The translations under genes were made by a program, and so were the position numbers. A model generated the notes under the pieces. That model was not told the DNA's origin, ran no database searches, and saw nothing but the letters and a program-made list of their open reading frames with translations. A DNA stretch of 63,967 nt, the filler included, from an uncultured bacterium (GTDB lineage: Bacteria; CAYSBA01), in NCBI GenBank assembly GCA_964429075.1. It is 4 parts of 4 records of this genome, joined end to end, with 100 filler letters (N's around TTAATTAATTAA, not from the genome) between each part and the next. Parts side by side here need not be neighbours in the genome. Positions count along the whole stretch, not along the records: positions 1 to 20,048 come from CAYSBA010000001.1; 3 more parts are not named here. One strand, given 5' to 3'. How positions within the stretch are numbered: position 1 is the stretch's first letter; every line of letters starts with the position of its first letter. Positions 1 through 9,590 of the stretch are shown in pieces.

Positions 1-207
1 CTGGGTGCAGGGGTTGTGTTAAGAAAAGGTCTTGTAAATCTCACCAGAGTAGATCTTAGATCCTGTTTTTTAGGTATTTTAAAATTGTGGCGTGGTATAG
101 GGTTAGATTTAGGACCAGAAATAGGTTTTATTCAGATAGTTAATCCTTATCTGAAGAGTAGCGTGACTTTTGGTATTATGGGGGGGCTATATTTTGAGAT
201 CTTATAA
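1..207 (+). CDS. Partial CDS (3' end), possibly an outer-membrane beta-barrel protein
   Basis: Frame is open from base 1 to TAA at 205-207 and converges on ihfB. It ends in alternating hydrophobic strands (FGIMGGLYFEIL). The minus-strand frames are closed. Confidence 0.4.
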   Translation: MGAGVVLRKGLVNLTRVDLRSCFLGILKLWRGIGLDLGPEIGFIQIVNPYLKSSVTFGIMGGLYFEIL

Positions 208-211
208 AGGA

Positions 212-493
212 TCAATCTTTACTATTTAGCCTTTTTTTAAGTTCTTTGCCCATCTTAAAAAGGGGTAGTCTTTTCTCTTTGACCTTTACTTTTTCACCGG
301 TTAAGGGGTTTCTTCCAATATAACTTTTGTATTTTTTTACCTTAAAGGAGCCAAAGCCACGGATCTCAACTCTTTCATTGTTTAGGATAGCTTCATGTAT
401 AAGATCAAAGAATACACGGGTAACAAGCTCAGCTTTGTCAGGTTCTATATTGTGATTTTCAATCAGTCGCTTAATAAGTTGACTCCTGTTCAT
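212..493 (-). CDS. ihfB: Integration host factor beta / HU-family DNA-binding protein
   Basis: MNRSQLI start, RVEIRGFGSF, GRNPLTGEKV, PLFKMGKELK motifs. Confidence 0.88.
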   Translation of the reverse strand: MNRSQLIKRLIENHNIEPDKAELVTRVFFDLIHEAILNNERVEIRGFGSFKVKKYKSYIGRNPLTGEKVKVKEKRLPLFKMGKELKKRLNSKD

Positions 494-518
494 AAAAATA
501 GCTCCTTCCTAATGTTTA

Positions 519-594
519 CGCCCTCGGCAGGACTCGAACCTGCGGCTTACAGGGATTAGGAATCCCCAGCTCTGTCCTACTGAGCTACGAGGGC
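519..594 (-). tRNA. tRNA-Arg(CCT), CCA end not encoded
   Basis: Reverse complement folds into a cloverleaf: acceptor GCCCTCG/CGAGGGC, D arm GCTC/GAGC, anticodon stem GGGGA/TCCCT with loop TTCCTAA, T arm GCAGG-TTCGAGT-CCTGC. Confidence 0.95.
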
Positions 595-671
595 CAAGAA
601 ACTAAAACCCGTCTTTATCATAATAGTTGATCTTTTTCAAGAAATCTCTGGTTGCTTAATGGATGAGAGAG

Positions 672-699
672 TTGACAACCTAACTATTTTCAATATATT
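672..699 (+). promoter_or_regulatory. Putative sigma-70 promoter of yebC-ruvCAB
   Basis: TTGACA-16 nt-TATATT about 30 nt upstream of ATG 731; GAGG RBS. Confidence 0.55.
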
Positions 700-730
700 G
701 TAAATCAAAAGATGTTAGTGAGAGGTAAAT

Positions 731-1474
731 ATGTCTGGACATAATAAATGGAGTTCTATAAAGCACAAAAAGGCCAAAGAGGATGCAAAGAGGGGTAAGC
801 TCTTCTCCAGACTGGTAAAATTAATAACCGTTGCTGCAAGACAGGGAGGTGGTGACATTGAGGGTAATCCTGCCCTGAGACAGGCAGTTGAGATGGCAAA
901 GGCTGCAAACGTCCCAAAAGATAATATAATAAGGGCCATCAAGAGAGGTACTGGAGAGATAAAGGGTGTCAACTACACACAGAAAATATACGAAGGCTAT
1001 GGCCCGGGTGGTGTTGCAATAATCGTAGAGGCATTGACAGACAACGTAAACAGAACATCATCAGAAATAAGAAGTATTTTTGCAAAGAATGGTGGTAACC
1101 TTGGCGAAAGTGGTTGTGTTGCATGGATGTTTGTAAAAGAGGGGTATGTTATAATAGATGGTTCTTTTGATGAAGATACCCTTATGGAACTTGCGGTAGA
1201 AATTGGAGCAAAGGATTATGACATTTCAGATAACATTTATACAATAACAACAGCACCAGAAGATCTTCATAAGGTTTTAGATGGGCTCAGGGAAAAAGGT
1301 ATAGTAATTGAAGAGTCTGGAATTAGATTGGTACCTAAAAACAGTGTCGAGGTGGATGGTAATAATGCAAAGAGATTGATTAAGCTACTCAACGAGCTTG
1401 AAGATAATGATGATGTAAATCAGGTTTATTCTAACTTTGAAATGTCTGATGAGCTTTTGGAATCTCTAACATGA
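731..1474 (+). CDS. yebC: YebC/PmpR family protein
   Basis: MSGHNKWSSIKHKK, YEGYGPGG, LTDNVNRT, DDVNQVYSN; classical position upstream of ruvC. Confidence 0.95.
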   Translation: MSGHNKWSSIKHKKAKEDAKRGKLFSRLVKLITVAARQGGGDIEGNPALRQAVEMAKAANVPKDNIIRAIKRGTGEIKGVNYTQKIYEGYGPGGVAIIVEALTDNVNRTSSEIRSIFAKNGGNLGESGCVAWMFVKEGYVIIDGSFDEDTLMELAVEIGAKDYDISDNIYTITTAPEDLHKVLDGLREKGIVIEESGIRLVPKNSVEVDGNNAKRLIKLLNELEDNDDVNQVYSNFEMSDELLESLT

Positions 1475-1962
1475 GAGTATTGGGCATAGATCCTGGCCTG
1501 AAAAAGACTGGCTGGGGTATTGTTGATCAACAGGGTCCGGAATTTGTGCATGTAGATTGTGGATTGCTCGTTACTAAAAATAGTGATTCTATAGAAAATA
1601 GATTACTTTTTTTATATAGAGGAGTGAGTCAGATAATTCTTGAGTATTCCCCCTCTCTTGTCGCAATGGAGGAGGTCTTTCTTAACAAAAATTTCAAGAG
1701 TGTATTAAGGCTCGGTTATGCAAGGGCAGTCGTTATGATTTCAGCTGCAGAGGCAGGACTACCTGTTGTTGGTTATCCTCCTGCCACAGTAAAACAGTGT
1801 GTTGTTGGGACTGGGAGGGCAGAGAAATTTCAGGTTCAGAAGATGATCACCCATATTCTTTCTTTACCGGAGCCGCCATTTGAAGATGCCTGCGATGCCC
1901 TTGGGGTTGCAATATGTCATTTAATGAGGAATAATTTCGATGATAGGATTTCTAAAGGGTGA
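1471..1962 (+). CDS. ruvC: Holliday junction resolvase RuvC
   Basis: VLGIDPG, AMEEVF, GTGRAEKFQV, DACDALGVAICH. Confidence 0.96.
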   Translation: MRVLGIDPGLKKTGWGIVDQQGPEFVHVDCGLLVTKNSDSIENRLLFLYRGVSQIILEYSPSLVAMEEVFLNKNFKSVLRLGYARAVVMISAAEAGLPVVGYPPATVKQCVVGTGRAEKFQVQKMITHILSLPEPPFEDACDALGVAICHLMRNNFDDRISKG

Positions 1963-2530
1963 ATTGATTTCGTCAGATGAGGGAACCGGCATTATACTGA
2001 CACAATCTGGTGTGGGTTATACTGTTAGATTACCAGAGAATGGCTCTTTTGAAAAGGGAGGTATGGTTGAGCTGTTTATACATACACATCTTTCTGAGTC
2101 GCAGATACAGCTTTTTGGATTTTCCAGCAAAAGGGCGCTGGATCTTTTCAAGTTGTTGTTAAAAGTAAGTGGTGTCGGTCCAGGGATTGCCCATAGAATA
2201 GCAACAAGTAGTGAATCTGAAGACATTTTAAGAAGTATCGCATTAAAAAATGATTCTGTACTAAGAAGCATTCACAAGGTTGGGAAGAAGACTGCATTAA
2301 GGATCTGTTCTGAATTGAGCGATGTTGCAATGGAGTTGCTGGGCAGACAGGATGATATGGCAGTAAACAGGGTTGAAACCGACCTTGTTGCTGCACTCAG
2401 AAATCTTGGTTATCAGGATGCAGAAATAAGAGAGGGTCTAAAAATAATGAAAAAGTTGCAGGAAGATGGTTATACAAGGTTTGAAGACCTTCTGAAGGCT
2501 GTAATCACACATCTTTCCGGGAGGCGGTAA
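1940..2530 (+). CDS. ruvA: Holliday junction branch migration protein RuvA
   Basis: MIGFLKG, GVGY, LFGF, KVSGVGP helix-hairpin-helix, [16 protein letters not shown]. Confidence 0.95.
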   Translation: MIGFLKGELISSDEGTGIILTQSGVGYTVRLPENGSFEKGGMVELFIHTHLSESQIQLFGFSSKRALDLFKLLLKVSGVGPGIAHRIATSSESEDILRSIALKNDSVLRSIHKVGKKTALRICSELSDVAMELLGRQDDMAVNRVETDLVAALRNLGYQDAEIREGLKIMKKLQEDGYTRFEDLLKAVITHLSGRR

Positions 2531-3546
2531 TGTCTCACAGTAGATTTGATTTTTTAAAACAGGATCCGGAGATTGATGAAAGTGTACGACCATCGAGACT
2601 CACTGAATTCATAGGGCAGAAAAAACATAGAGAGAATCTTAAGGTTTTTATTGAGGCTGCTAAAAAACGTGGGGAGACGCTTGAACATCTTTTACTCTGC
2701 GGTCCTCCAGGTCTTGGTAAGACCACCCTTGCACGTATTGTGGCAAATGAACTTGGGGTAAATATCTTTACCACCAGTGGACCTGTCCTTGAAAGGAGGG
2801 CAGATCTTGCAGGTATACTGACTCAGCTAAAAAGGGGTGATGTACTCTTTATAGATGAAATACACAGACTAAGCAGTAATGTTGAAGAATATCTTTATCC
2901 GGCCATGGAAGATTTTAAGCTGGATGTGGTTCTGGGAGATGGCGCACATGCAAGGACAATTACACTTGATCTTGAGCCCTTTACACTGATTGGTGCAACT
3001 ACCCGAACCGGTCTTTTGACCTCGCCTCTACGGGATAGATTTGGTATTATCATTCGCCTCGATTATTATCCAACTGAGGAACTTATCAAGATAATAAAAA
3101 GGTCATCAAGGATACTTAAAATTAATGTAAGTGACGATGGAATTAGACATATTGCAAAACGATCAAGAGGAACACCGAGAATAGCAAACAGATTGTTGAG
3201 AAGGGCCAGAGATTTTGCAGAGGTAGAGGGTGATGGTACAGTAACCGGTAAGATAGCAAAAGAGGCACTTGATAGACTTGACATTGATGAAATGGGCCTG
3301 GATTTTATGGATAGAAAGATCCTGACTACAATAGTTAAAAAGTTTGGAGGTGGTCCAGTTGGTCTTAAGACCCTTTCAACAGCTGTTGGAGAACATCCAA
3401 ACACAATAGAGGAGGTCTATGAACCCTATCTTGTTAAAAAGGGTTTGATCCAGACCACTCCAAGAGGCAGAATTGCAACTGATGCTGCATTTAAACACCT
3501 TGGTATATATAAAAACAGATCTGGAAATCAAAGCACACTATTTTAA
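2530..3546 (+). CDS. ruvB: Holliday junction helicase RuvB
   Basis: [48 protein letters not shown]. Confidence 0.98.
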   Translation: MSHSRFDFLKQDPEIDESVRPSRLTEFIGQKKHRENLKVFIEAAKKRGETLEHLLLCGPPGLGKTTLARIVANELGVNIFTTSGPVLERRADLAGILTQLKRGDVLFIDEIHRLSSNVEEYLYPAMEDFKLDVVLGDGAHARTITLDLEPFTLIGATTRTGLLTSPLRDRFGIIIRLDYYPTEELIKIIKRSSRILKINVSDDGIRHIAKRSRGTPRIANRLLRRARDFAEVEGDGTVTGKIAKEALDRLDIDEMGLDFMDRKILTTIVKKFGGGPVGLKTLSTAVGEHPNTIEEVYEPYLVKKGLIQTTPRGRIATDAAFKHLGIYKNRSGNQSTLF

Positions 3547-3561
3547 AAAGAATAATTGGAA

Positions 3562-3589
3562 TTGACCTGAAAGATATAATGGTTATATT
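3562..3589 (+). promoter_or_regulatory. Putative sigma-70 promoter of the inositol/DIP operon
   Basis: TTGACC-16 nt-TATATT; strong GAGGAGGAGG RBS before 3658. Confidence 0.4.
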
Positions 3590-3657
3590 TTAAACGAATT
3601 TTCTATAACCTTCGCTTTTTGGTTTGTATTATTACGAACTAAGAGGAGGAGGTTAAA

Positions 3658-4761
3658 ATGAAGAAAATCAGGATTGCTATTGTCGGGGTAGGTAACTGTG
3701 CAAGCTCTCTAATCCAGGGGATCGAATACTATAAAGACAAAAAACCTGATGAAGTCATAGGACTTATGAACTGGGAGATTGGGGGATACAGACCCTATGA
3801 CGTCGAAGTTGTTGCTGCCTTTGATATCGACAAAAGAAAGGTGGGCAGGGATATCTCAGAGGCAATCTTTGCAAAGCCAAACTGCACAACTGTATTTATG
3901 CCTGAGATCCCAAAGATGGGTGTAACTGTAAAGATGGGTAAGGTCCTCGATGGTTTTTCAGAACATATGAAGGATTACGACCCTGAAAGGACCTTTGTTT
4001 TGAGTGATGAACCTGAGGCCACAAAGGAGGATATTGTAAAGACACTCAGAGAGTCTGGTGCTGAGATACTTTTGAACTACCTGCCTGTTGGTTCAGAAGA
4101 GGCCACAAGGTTTTATGCAGAGTGTGCCCTTGAGGCCGGGGTTGCCTTTATAAACAATATGCCGGTTTTTATAGCGAGCGACCGTGAATGGGCTGAGAGA
4201 TTCAGGCAAAAAGGACTGCCAATTGTAGGTGATGATATAAAGGCCCAGCTTGGTGCTACAATTACACATCGAGTACTGGCTGATCTGTTTAAAAAGAGAG
4301 GAGTAAAGCTTGACAGGACCTATCAACTGAATACAGGAGGAAATACTGATTTTCTAAATATGTTAAACAGAAGCAGGCTAAAATCTAAAAAGATATCAAA
4401 AACAGAGGCTGTACAGTCTGTACTTGCAGAGGAACTCGAACCTGAGAATATCCACATAGGGCCAAGTGATTATGTCCCCTGGCAGAAGGATAATAAGGTG
4501 TGTTATCTGAGGATGGAAGGAAGGTTGTTTGGTGATGTACCGATGAACCTTGAACTGAGACTTTCTGTGGAAGATTCACCTAATTCTGCAGGTGTTGCAA
4601 TAGATGCTATCAGGTGCTGCAAACTTGCCCTTGATAGGAAGATCAGTGGTCCACTCTACGGTGTATCTGCCTTCTTGATGAAGCATCCACCAAAGCAGTT
4701 TCCTGATGACATTGCCTATAGAATGATAAGGGATTTTATAGAAGGTAAAGGGGAGAATTAA
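3658..4761 (+). CDS. ino1: myo-inositol-1-phosphate synthase
   Basis: GVGNCASSLIQG, NYLPVGS, GDDIKAQLGAT, QLNTGGNTDFLNM, VEDSPNSAG. Confidence 0.95.
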   Translation: MKKIRIAIVGVGNCASSLIQGIEYYKDKKPDEVIGLMNWEIGGYRPYDVEVVAAFDIDKRKVGRDISEAIFAKPNCTTVFMPEIPKMGVTVKMGKVLDGFSEHMKDYDPERTFVLSDEPEATKEDIVKTLRESGAEILLNYLPVGSEEATRFYAECALEAGVAFINNMPVFIASDREWAERFRQKGLPIVGDDIKAQLGATITHRVLADLFKKRGVKLDRTYQLNTGGNTDFLNMLNRSRLKSKKISKTEAVQSVLAEELEPENIHIGPSDYVPWQKDNKVCYLRMEGRLFGDVPMNLELRLSVEDSPNSAGVAIDAIRCCKLALDRKISGPLYGVSAFLMKHPPKQFPDDIAYRMIRDFIEGKGEN

Positions 4762-4764
4762 TAT

Positions 4765-6095
4765 ATGAAAGCGCTGCTTCTTGCAGCGGGCAGGGGAAGG
4801 CGCCTGTCAAAGTTCGGCCTTCCCAAACCCCTTGTACCACTACTTGGGCTTCCTCTAATCGAAAGGATAATATGCAACTGCAGGATGGTAGGTATAGACG
4901 AATTTTATATAGTCAGTGGTTATAAGGGCAAAAAGGTAAGGCGATTCCTCGACAGGTTGTCCAGAAAGAGAGATGTAAAGATTCATCATATAGAAAATAA
5001 AGATTGGGAAAAAGAGAATGGTTTTTCTGTTATCAGTGCAAAAAGATATCTGAAAGATGAAGATAGGTTTCTTCTGCTGATGTGTGATCATATATTTGAT
5101 GTCAGTATCCTTGAAAAGATGTTGAAACAGGATCCAAAGGATGGAATAGTCCTTGCAACTGATTTCGATACTGCTAAAAGACCGGAGATAGATACAGAGG
5201 ATGTTACAAAGGTATGGTCAGAAGACAATAGGATAATCTCCATAGGTAAAGATATCAGAAGGTATAATTGTTATGATACCGGAATCTTTTTGTGTTCTGG
5301 GGCGATCTTTGATGCAATTGAAGAAAGTATAAAAAAAAGGAATGATAGCACCTTATCCGGGGGTGTAAGAATACTTTCAGAAACAAAAAGGGCTTATACT
5401 TGTGATATAACTGGCAGGTTTTGGATTGATATTGACGATATAAGGCAGTTGAAGATAGCTGAGGATATTTTACTTAAAAGATTGGCAAAAGAGAGTGATG
5501 GACCCATCTCAAGATGGGTAAACAGACCAATTTCTCTTAGGATAACAAAATTTCTTGCAAATACCGGAATAACACCCAACCTTATCACACTTTTTTCATT
5601 TCTACTATCGATATTAGCTTCTGGACTCATCCTGATAAACAACTACTTTGGCCTATTGTCAGGAGCAGTTCTAACTCAGTTATCTTCAATTATAGATGGC
5701 TGTGACGGAGAGATTGCGAGACTTAAGTTTGAATCATCCGATTTTGGAAAGTGGTTTGATGCCGTCTTGGATAGATATGCAGACGCATTTATCATAATCG
5801 CAATAACTTACCATTGTATGTATATGAGGACATTCCCTCTTTCCACAATTGTATTTACAGGCTTTCTGGCCCTTGTAGGGAGTTTTATGAACAGTTATAC
5901 TGCCGACAAATACGACGGTCTTTTGCTGAGATTAAACAGCAACTTTCGAGACTTGGAAGTGATGTAAGGATGTTTCTTCTTTTTTTTGGTTTGACAATAA
6001 ACATGCCATTTTTTGTTTTAATATCAATTGCACTTATAATGAACATTGAGACCATCAGAAGGATTTTTGCAACATACAGAATTACATCTTTTTAG
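4765..6095 (+). CDS. Bifunctional IPCT/DIPPS (CTP:inositol-1-phosphate cytidylyltransferase + di-myo-inositol-phosphate-phosphate synthase), frameshifted near 5945
   Basis: N-terminal NTP-transferase (LLAAGRGRRL, PKPL, DTGIF, WIDID) fused to a CDP-alcohol phosphotransferase (DGPISRWVNRPIS, TPN, DGCDGEIAR, DAVLDRYAD). The ORF stops at 5967, but the expected C-terminal helices (RLGSDVRMFLLFFG...NIETIRRI) continue in the -1 frame to 6095. Confidence 0.88.
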
Positions 6096-6099
6096 ACCT

Positions 6100-6136
6100 T
6101 GTCATTTTGTCAGAGCCTGTATGACATTCTGTCATA
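6100..6136. promoter_or_regulatory. Tandem enhancer-binding-protein (bEBP) sites upstream of gspC
   Basis: Perfect palindrome TATGACA-TTC-TGTCATA (6120-6136) and a one-mismatch copy TGTCA-TTT-TGTCA (6100-6112), roughly 80-110 nt upstream of the predicted sigma-54 start site. Confidence 0.65.
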
Positions 6137-6186
6137 AAACTCAGAAATTTCATACTAACTTACTGTAATTATATATAAATATTATT

Positions 6187-6202
6187 TGGCACAACATTTG
6201 CT
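6187..6202 (+). promoter_or_regulatory. Sigma-54 (-24/-12) promoter of the T2SS operon
   Basis: TGGCAC-AACAT-TTGCT, an exact match to TGGCAC-N5-TTGC(W). Confidence 0.85.
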
Positions 6203-6216
6203 TTTAATTATTAGGA

Positions 6217-7122
6217 ATGAAGGAATTCCTTGAAAAATATTATAAGCTATTTGGACTTTTTATGGTTGGCTTATATGGATGGATCCTTGGGGGTGCAGTT
6301 TCTGAGGTAGCTGGCTATAAGATTGAAAGGTCTATAAAGGGTCTTATCCCGCAGGTTGAAAACATATCATCAGGACAATTAGACATAAGGACTAAAAAGA
6401 CTAAGGGTGCACTTGATAAACTTATCAAACAGATCGAAAAAAGACCCAAGCAAGAAGAGACACTAACCATACCTGAAGAGGAAGAATCTAATATAGAGAT
6501 ATCGAATCTAAATCTCGAATTGATTGCAACCATCTATTCTCCAGGAGGTGGCTCTTTGTGTATAATTAAAGACAACGGTAAGTCAGATGTTTATCGTATT
6601 GGAGAAGATATAAACGGGAAGGCCAAGGTAATTGAGATAAGGCCAAGGGAGGTTGTAATAAAGAGGGGCAATAAAAAAGAACTCCTTGTGCTTGAAGAGA
6701 AAAGAAAAGGTACAAGGAGCCGCTTTGGTACACCAAGGCGATTAACAGGTTTTGGAAGTAGAAAATCGGGTAAGAAGGACAATCAGATAAAGAAGGTTGG
6801 GGACAATAGGTATGTGATTTCAAGAGAACTGATAAATGATTCACTCAACAATCTTAGCAAACTTGGCACTCAAGCGAGGATCATGCCGCACTTCTCAAAT
6901 GGGAAGGCTGTAGGGTTTAAGCTATATTCGATTGCTCCAAACAGTCTCTACAGCAAAATCGGGCTTAAGAATGGTGATGTTGTAAAGAAGATAAACGGAT
7001 TTAATCTTGATAGCCCTGAAAAGGCCCTTGAGATTTACCAAAAACTCAGGACATCAGACAGGGTTACTATTGAGATTGAACGAAGAGGGCGTGATATGCA
7101 GCTCCAATATAATATAGAATAG
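6217..7122 (+). CDS. gspC: Type II secretion protein C (TM, HR domain, PDZ)
   Basis: N-terminal TM segment, LELIATI...YRIGE HR domain, C-terminal PDZ (GFKLYSIAPNSLYSKIGLKNGD); first gene of the operon. Confidence 0.92.
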   Translation: MKEFLEKYYKLFGLFMVGLYGWILGGAVSEVAGYKIERSIKGLIPQVENISSGQLDIRTKKTKGALDKLIKQIEKRPKQEETLTIPEEEESNIEISNLNLELIATIYSPGGGSLCIIKDNGKSDVYRIGEDINGKAKVIEIRPREVVIKRGNKKELLVLEEKRKGTRSRFGTPRRLTGFGSRKSGKKDNQIKKVGDNRYVISRELINDSLNNLSKLGTQARIMPHFSNGKAVGFKLYSIAPNSLYSKIGLKNGDVVKKINGFNLDSPEKALEIYQKLRTSDRVTIEIERRGRDMQLQYNIE

Positions 7123-7136
7123 TAAAGGAGTTCGGA

Positions 7137-9587
7137 ATGGAGATAATTAAAAGGTGTAGTTTCCCCATTATGGTCCTATTTTTAATTCTAACCTCATCAA
7201 TTGTCTTCGCTCAGGTAAAAGGCCCCTTTAGATCACCTGCCATACCAAAGGTGATAAAAGATAGATTAGCACCTCTTAAAAAAAAGGCACTTGAGCAGTT
7301 ATCCCGAAAAAAGAAAACCAATGAGAAAAACAAAAAAAAGAGTAAAAAGAACAAAGAATCTACAAAGACCTCTATTAAATCAAAAAAACAGAAAAAAGTT
7401 GAACTAAAAAACAGAAAAAACTCTGATGTTGTAGAAATTACGCAGGATACCAGTAAGATCAAGCCCCTTTCCTGGAACCAGAAGGTCAGGATGGATTTTG
7501 AAGAGGCGTCCCTTGAGGATGTTGTGCGTGCTATAAGTAAGATGACGGGCAAAAACTTTATTCTTGATACAAATCTGTTGAGAAGAGGAAAGATTACAAT
7601 ACTCTCTCCGAAAAAAGTGACAGTAAAAGAGGCCTACGATGCATTTCTGACCGCCCTTGATATCAATGACATGACCATAGTACCTGTAGGAAGTTATCTC
7701 AAGATCGTTCAAAAAAGAGATGCAGCACAGGATAGGATACCGACCTATGTTGAAGGGGGTAAGTTGCCAAAACCTCAGGATAAAATGATTACCATGCTCG
7801 TTTCTCTCAAACATACAGATGTGGATGTTATTCATAGAGCAATATCACAGCTGATAACAAAAAACGGAAAAGCGATCACCTATCCACAGACCAACACCTT
7901 AATATTGGCAGATACAGCAGCCAATGTGCACAGACTGCTAAAGATTATTGAAAAGCTTGATGTACCAGGGGGTATGGATGAGTTCAGGTTGGTACAGCTA
8001 AAGTACGCTGATGCAGAGGAGATGGCAAAAAAACTCTCAGAGATATTCAAGGCCTCAGGTGCAAAGAGAAACTCTTCGAGAAGGGGTTCAATAATCAGAC
8101 CAAAGCCTGCAAGGGGAGAGAAGTCGCAAGAAGAAATTCAGGTTTCATTGATCGTGCCGGATGAGAGGACCAATCAAATAATAGTTGTGGCAAATGAGGT
8201 GACCTACAAAAAGATTCTAAAACTTGTTGAAAAACTCGATGTCCCAGTTGCAGGTGAGGGTCAGATACATGTATATTACCTCAAGAATGCTGATGCAGAA
8301 GAGCTTGCTAACACACTTTCAGGAGTCTCATCACGTGCAGCATCGAGGACAAGGGGGCGAAAAGGCAGGATAGGCCCAAAGGGTCCCGGGGCACTGTTTT
8401 CAGGTGAGGTATCAATAACTGCAGACAAAAATACAAATTCTCTTGTCATTATTGCTTCCCCAAATGATTACAAAAACATAAAGAGAGTTATTCAGATGCT
8501 TGATATACCAAGGAGGCAAGTCTTTGTTGAAGCAGCCATTCTTGAGGTTACTCTTGATAAGACCACAGACATAGGGCTTGCCTTCCATGGGGCAAAGGGA
8601 ATAACCATAGGGGGAGAAACAGTTCCATTGTTTGGTGGTAGTACCTTTGGTGGAGGTTTGAGTTCATTGTTAGTTGATCCTACTTCACTTGTATCACTTC
8701 TGGGTTTTATAGGTGGTATAAGGGGTCCTGAGCTTGAAGAACTAAAAGGTCTGTTCGGGGTATCTATACCATCATTTGGAGTTATGTTGCATGCCCTGCA
8801 GTCAAATTCAAATGTGAATATAATTTCAACTCCCCATCTTTTGACAACAGATAACGAAGAGGCAGAGATAATTGTAGGACAGAATATCCCCTTTATTGCA
8901 GGGTTTACATCCTCTCTTGGATCATACGGATCCTCATTACTATCGGGGAGTTCGTCGAATAATGAACAGGGCAATACTTCAACCACATCATCAATTTATT
9001 CAAGCTTCTATCCCCTTGTATCTATTCAGAGAGAGGATGTGGCCCTTAAGTTGAAGTTAAAACCCCAGATCAGTGAAGGAGATACAGTACGAATGGATGT
9101 AGAGGTTGAGATTTCAGATCTCTTGTCAATGGATCCTACACTCGGTCCAACCACCTCTAAGAGATCAGCCAAGACAGTTATTGTAGTAAGAGATAATCAG
9201 ACTGCAGTCATTGGAGGACTTATAAAGAATAATGTGACAATAGATCAGACCAAGATCCCATTGCTTGGAGATATCCCTGTTATTGGACAGTTTTTCAGAA
9301 CCTCACAAAAAAAGAACACAAAGACAAATCTATTAATATTTTTGACACCCTATATCATTAGAAATAGAGAAGATTTCAGAAGGATATTTGAGAGGAAGAT
9401 GGAGGAAAGACATAAGTTCATGGAGCAATACTTCGGTAAAGAGCGTGATCATTTTATCGAGAGGATTGCCCTTGAACCTCCTACAGCAAAGGCAGATACC
9501 GAGTTAGAAAAACAAAAAAAGAAACTAAAAGAGGGCAAGACACCAGATGGAGATATTATAATCACACCAGATAAAGGAGAAAAGTAG
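7137..9587 (+). CDS. gspD: Type II secretion secretin GspD
   Basis: Signal peptide, N0 (MTGKNFILD), N-domains (LKYADAEE, DERTNQIIV), secretin domain (QVFVEAAILEV, KIPLLGDIPVIGQFFR, NLLIFLTP). Confidence 0.96.
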   Translation: MEIIKRCSFPIMVLFLILTSSIVFAQVKGPFRSPAIPKVIKDRLAPLKKKALEQLSRKKKTNEKNKKKSKKNKESTKTSIKSKKQKKVELKNRKNSDVVEITQDTSKIKPLSWNQKVRMDFEEASLEDVVRAISKMTGKNFILDTNLLRRGKITILSPKKVTVKEAYDAFLTALDINDMTIVPVGSYLKIVQKRDAAQDRIPTYVEGGKLPKPQDKMITMLVSLKHTDVDVIHRAISQLITKNGKAITYPQTNTLILADTAANVHRLLKIIEKLDVPGGMDEFRLVQLKYADAEEMAKKLSEIFKASGAKRNSSRRGSIIRPKPARGEKSQEEIQVSLIVPDERTNQIIVVANEVTYKKILKLVEKLDVPVAGEGQIHVYYLKNADAEELANTLSGVSSRAASRTRGRKGRIGPKGPGALFSGEVSITADKNTNSLVIIASPNDYKNIKRVIQMLDIPRRQVFVEAAILEVTLDKTTDIGLAFHGAKGITIGGETVPLFGGSTFGGGLSSLLVDPTSLVSLLGFIGGIRGPELEELKGLFGVSIPSFGVMLHALQSNSNVNIISTPHLLTTDNEEAEIIVGQNIPFIAGFTSSLGSYGSSLLSGSSSNNEQGNTSTTSSIYSSFYPLVSIQREDVALKLKLKPQISEGDTVRMDVEVEISDLLSMDPTLGPTTSKRSAKTVIVVRDNQTAVIGGLIKNNVTIDQTKIPLLGDIPVIGQFFRTSQKKNTKTNLLIFLTPYIIRNREDFRRIFERKMEERHKFMEQYFGKERDHFIERIALEPPTAKADTELEKQKKKLKEGKTPDGDIIITPDKGEK

Positions 9588-9590
9588 AGC

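Noticed and set aside
5814..6095. 93-aa ORF as an independent gene
   Set aside because: Its first 42 codons are an off-frame overlap; the remainder is the displaced C-terminus of DIPPS.
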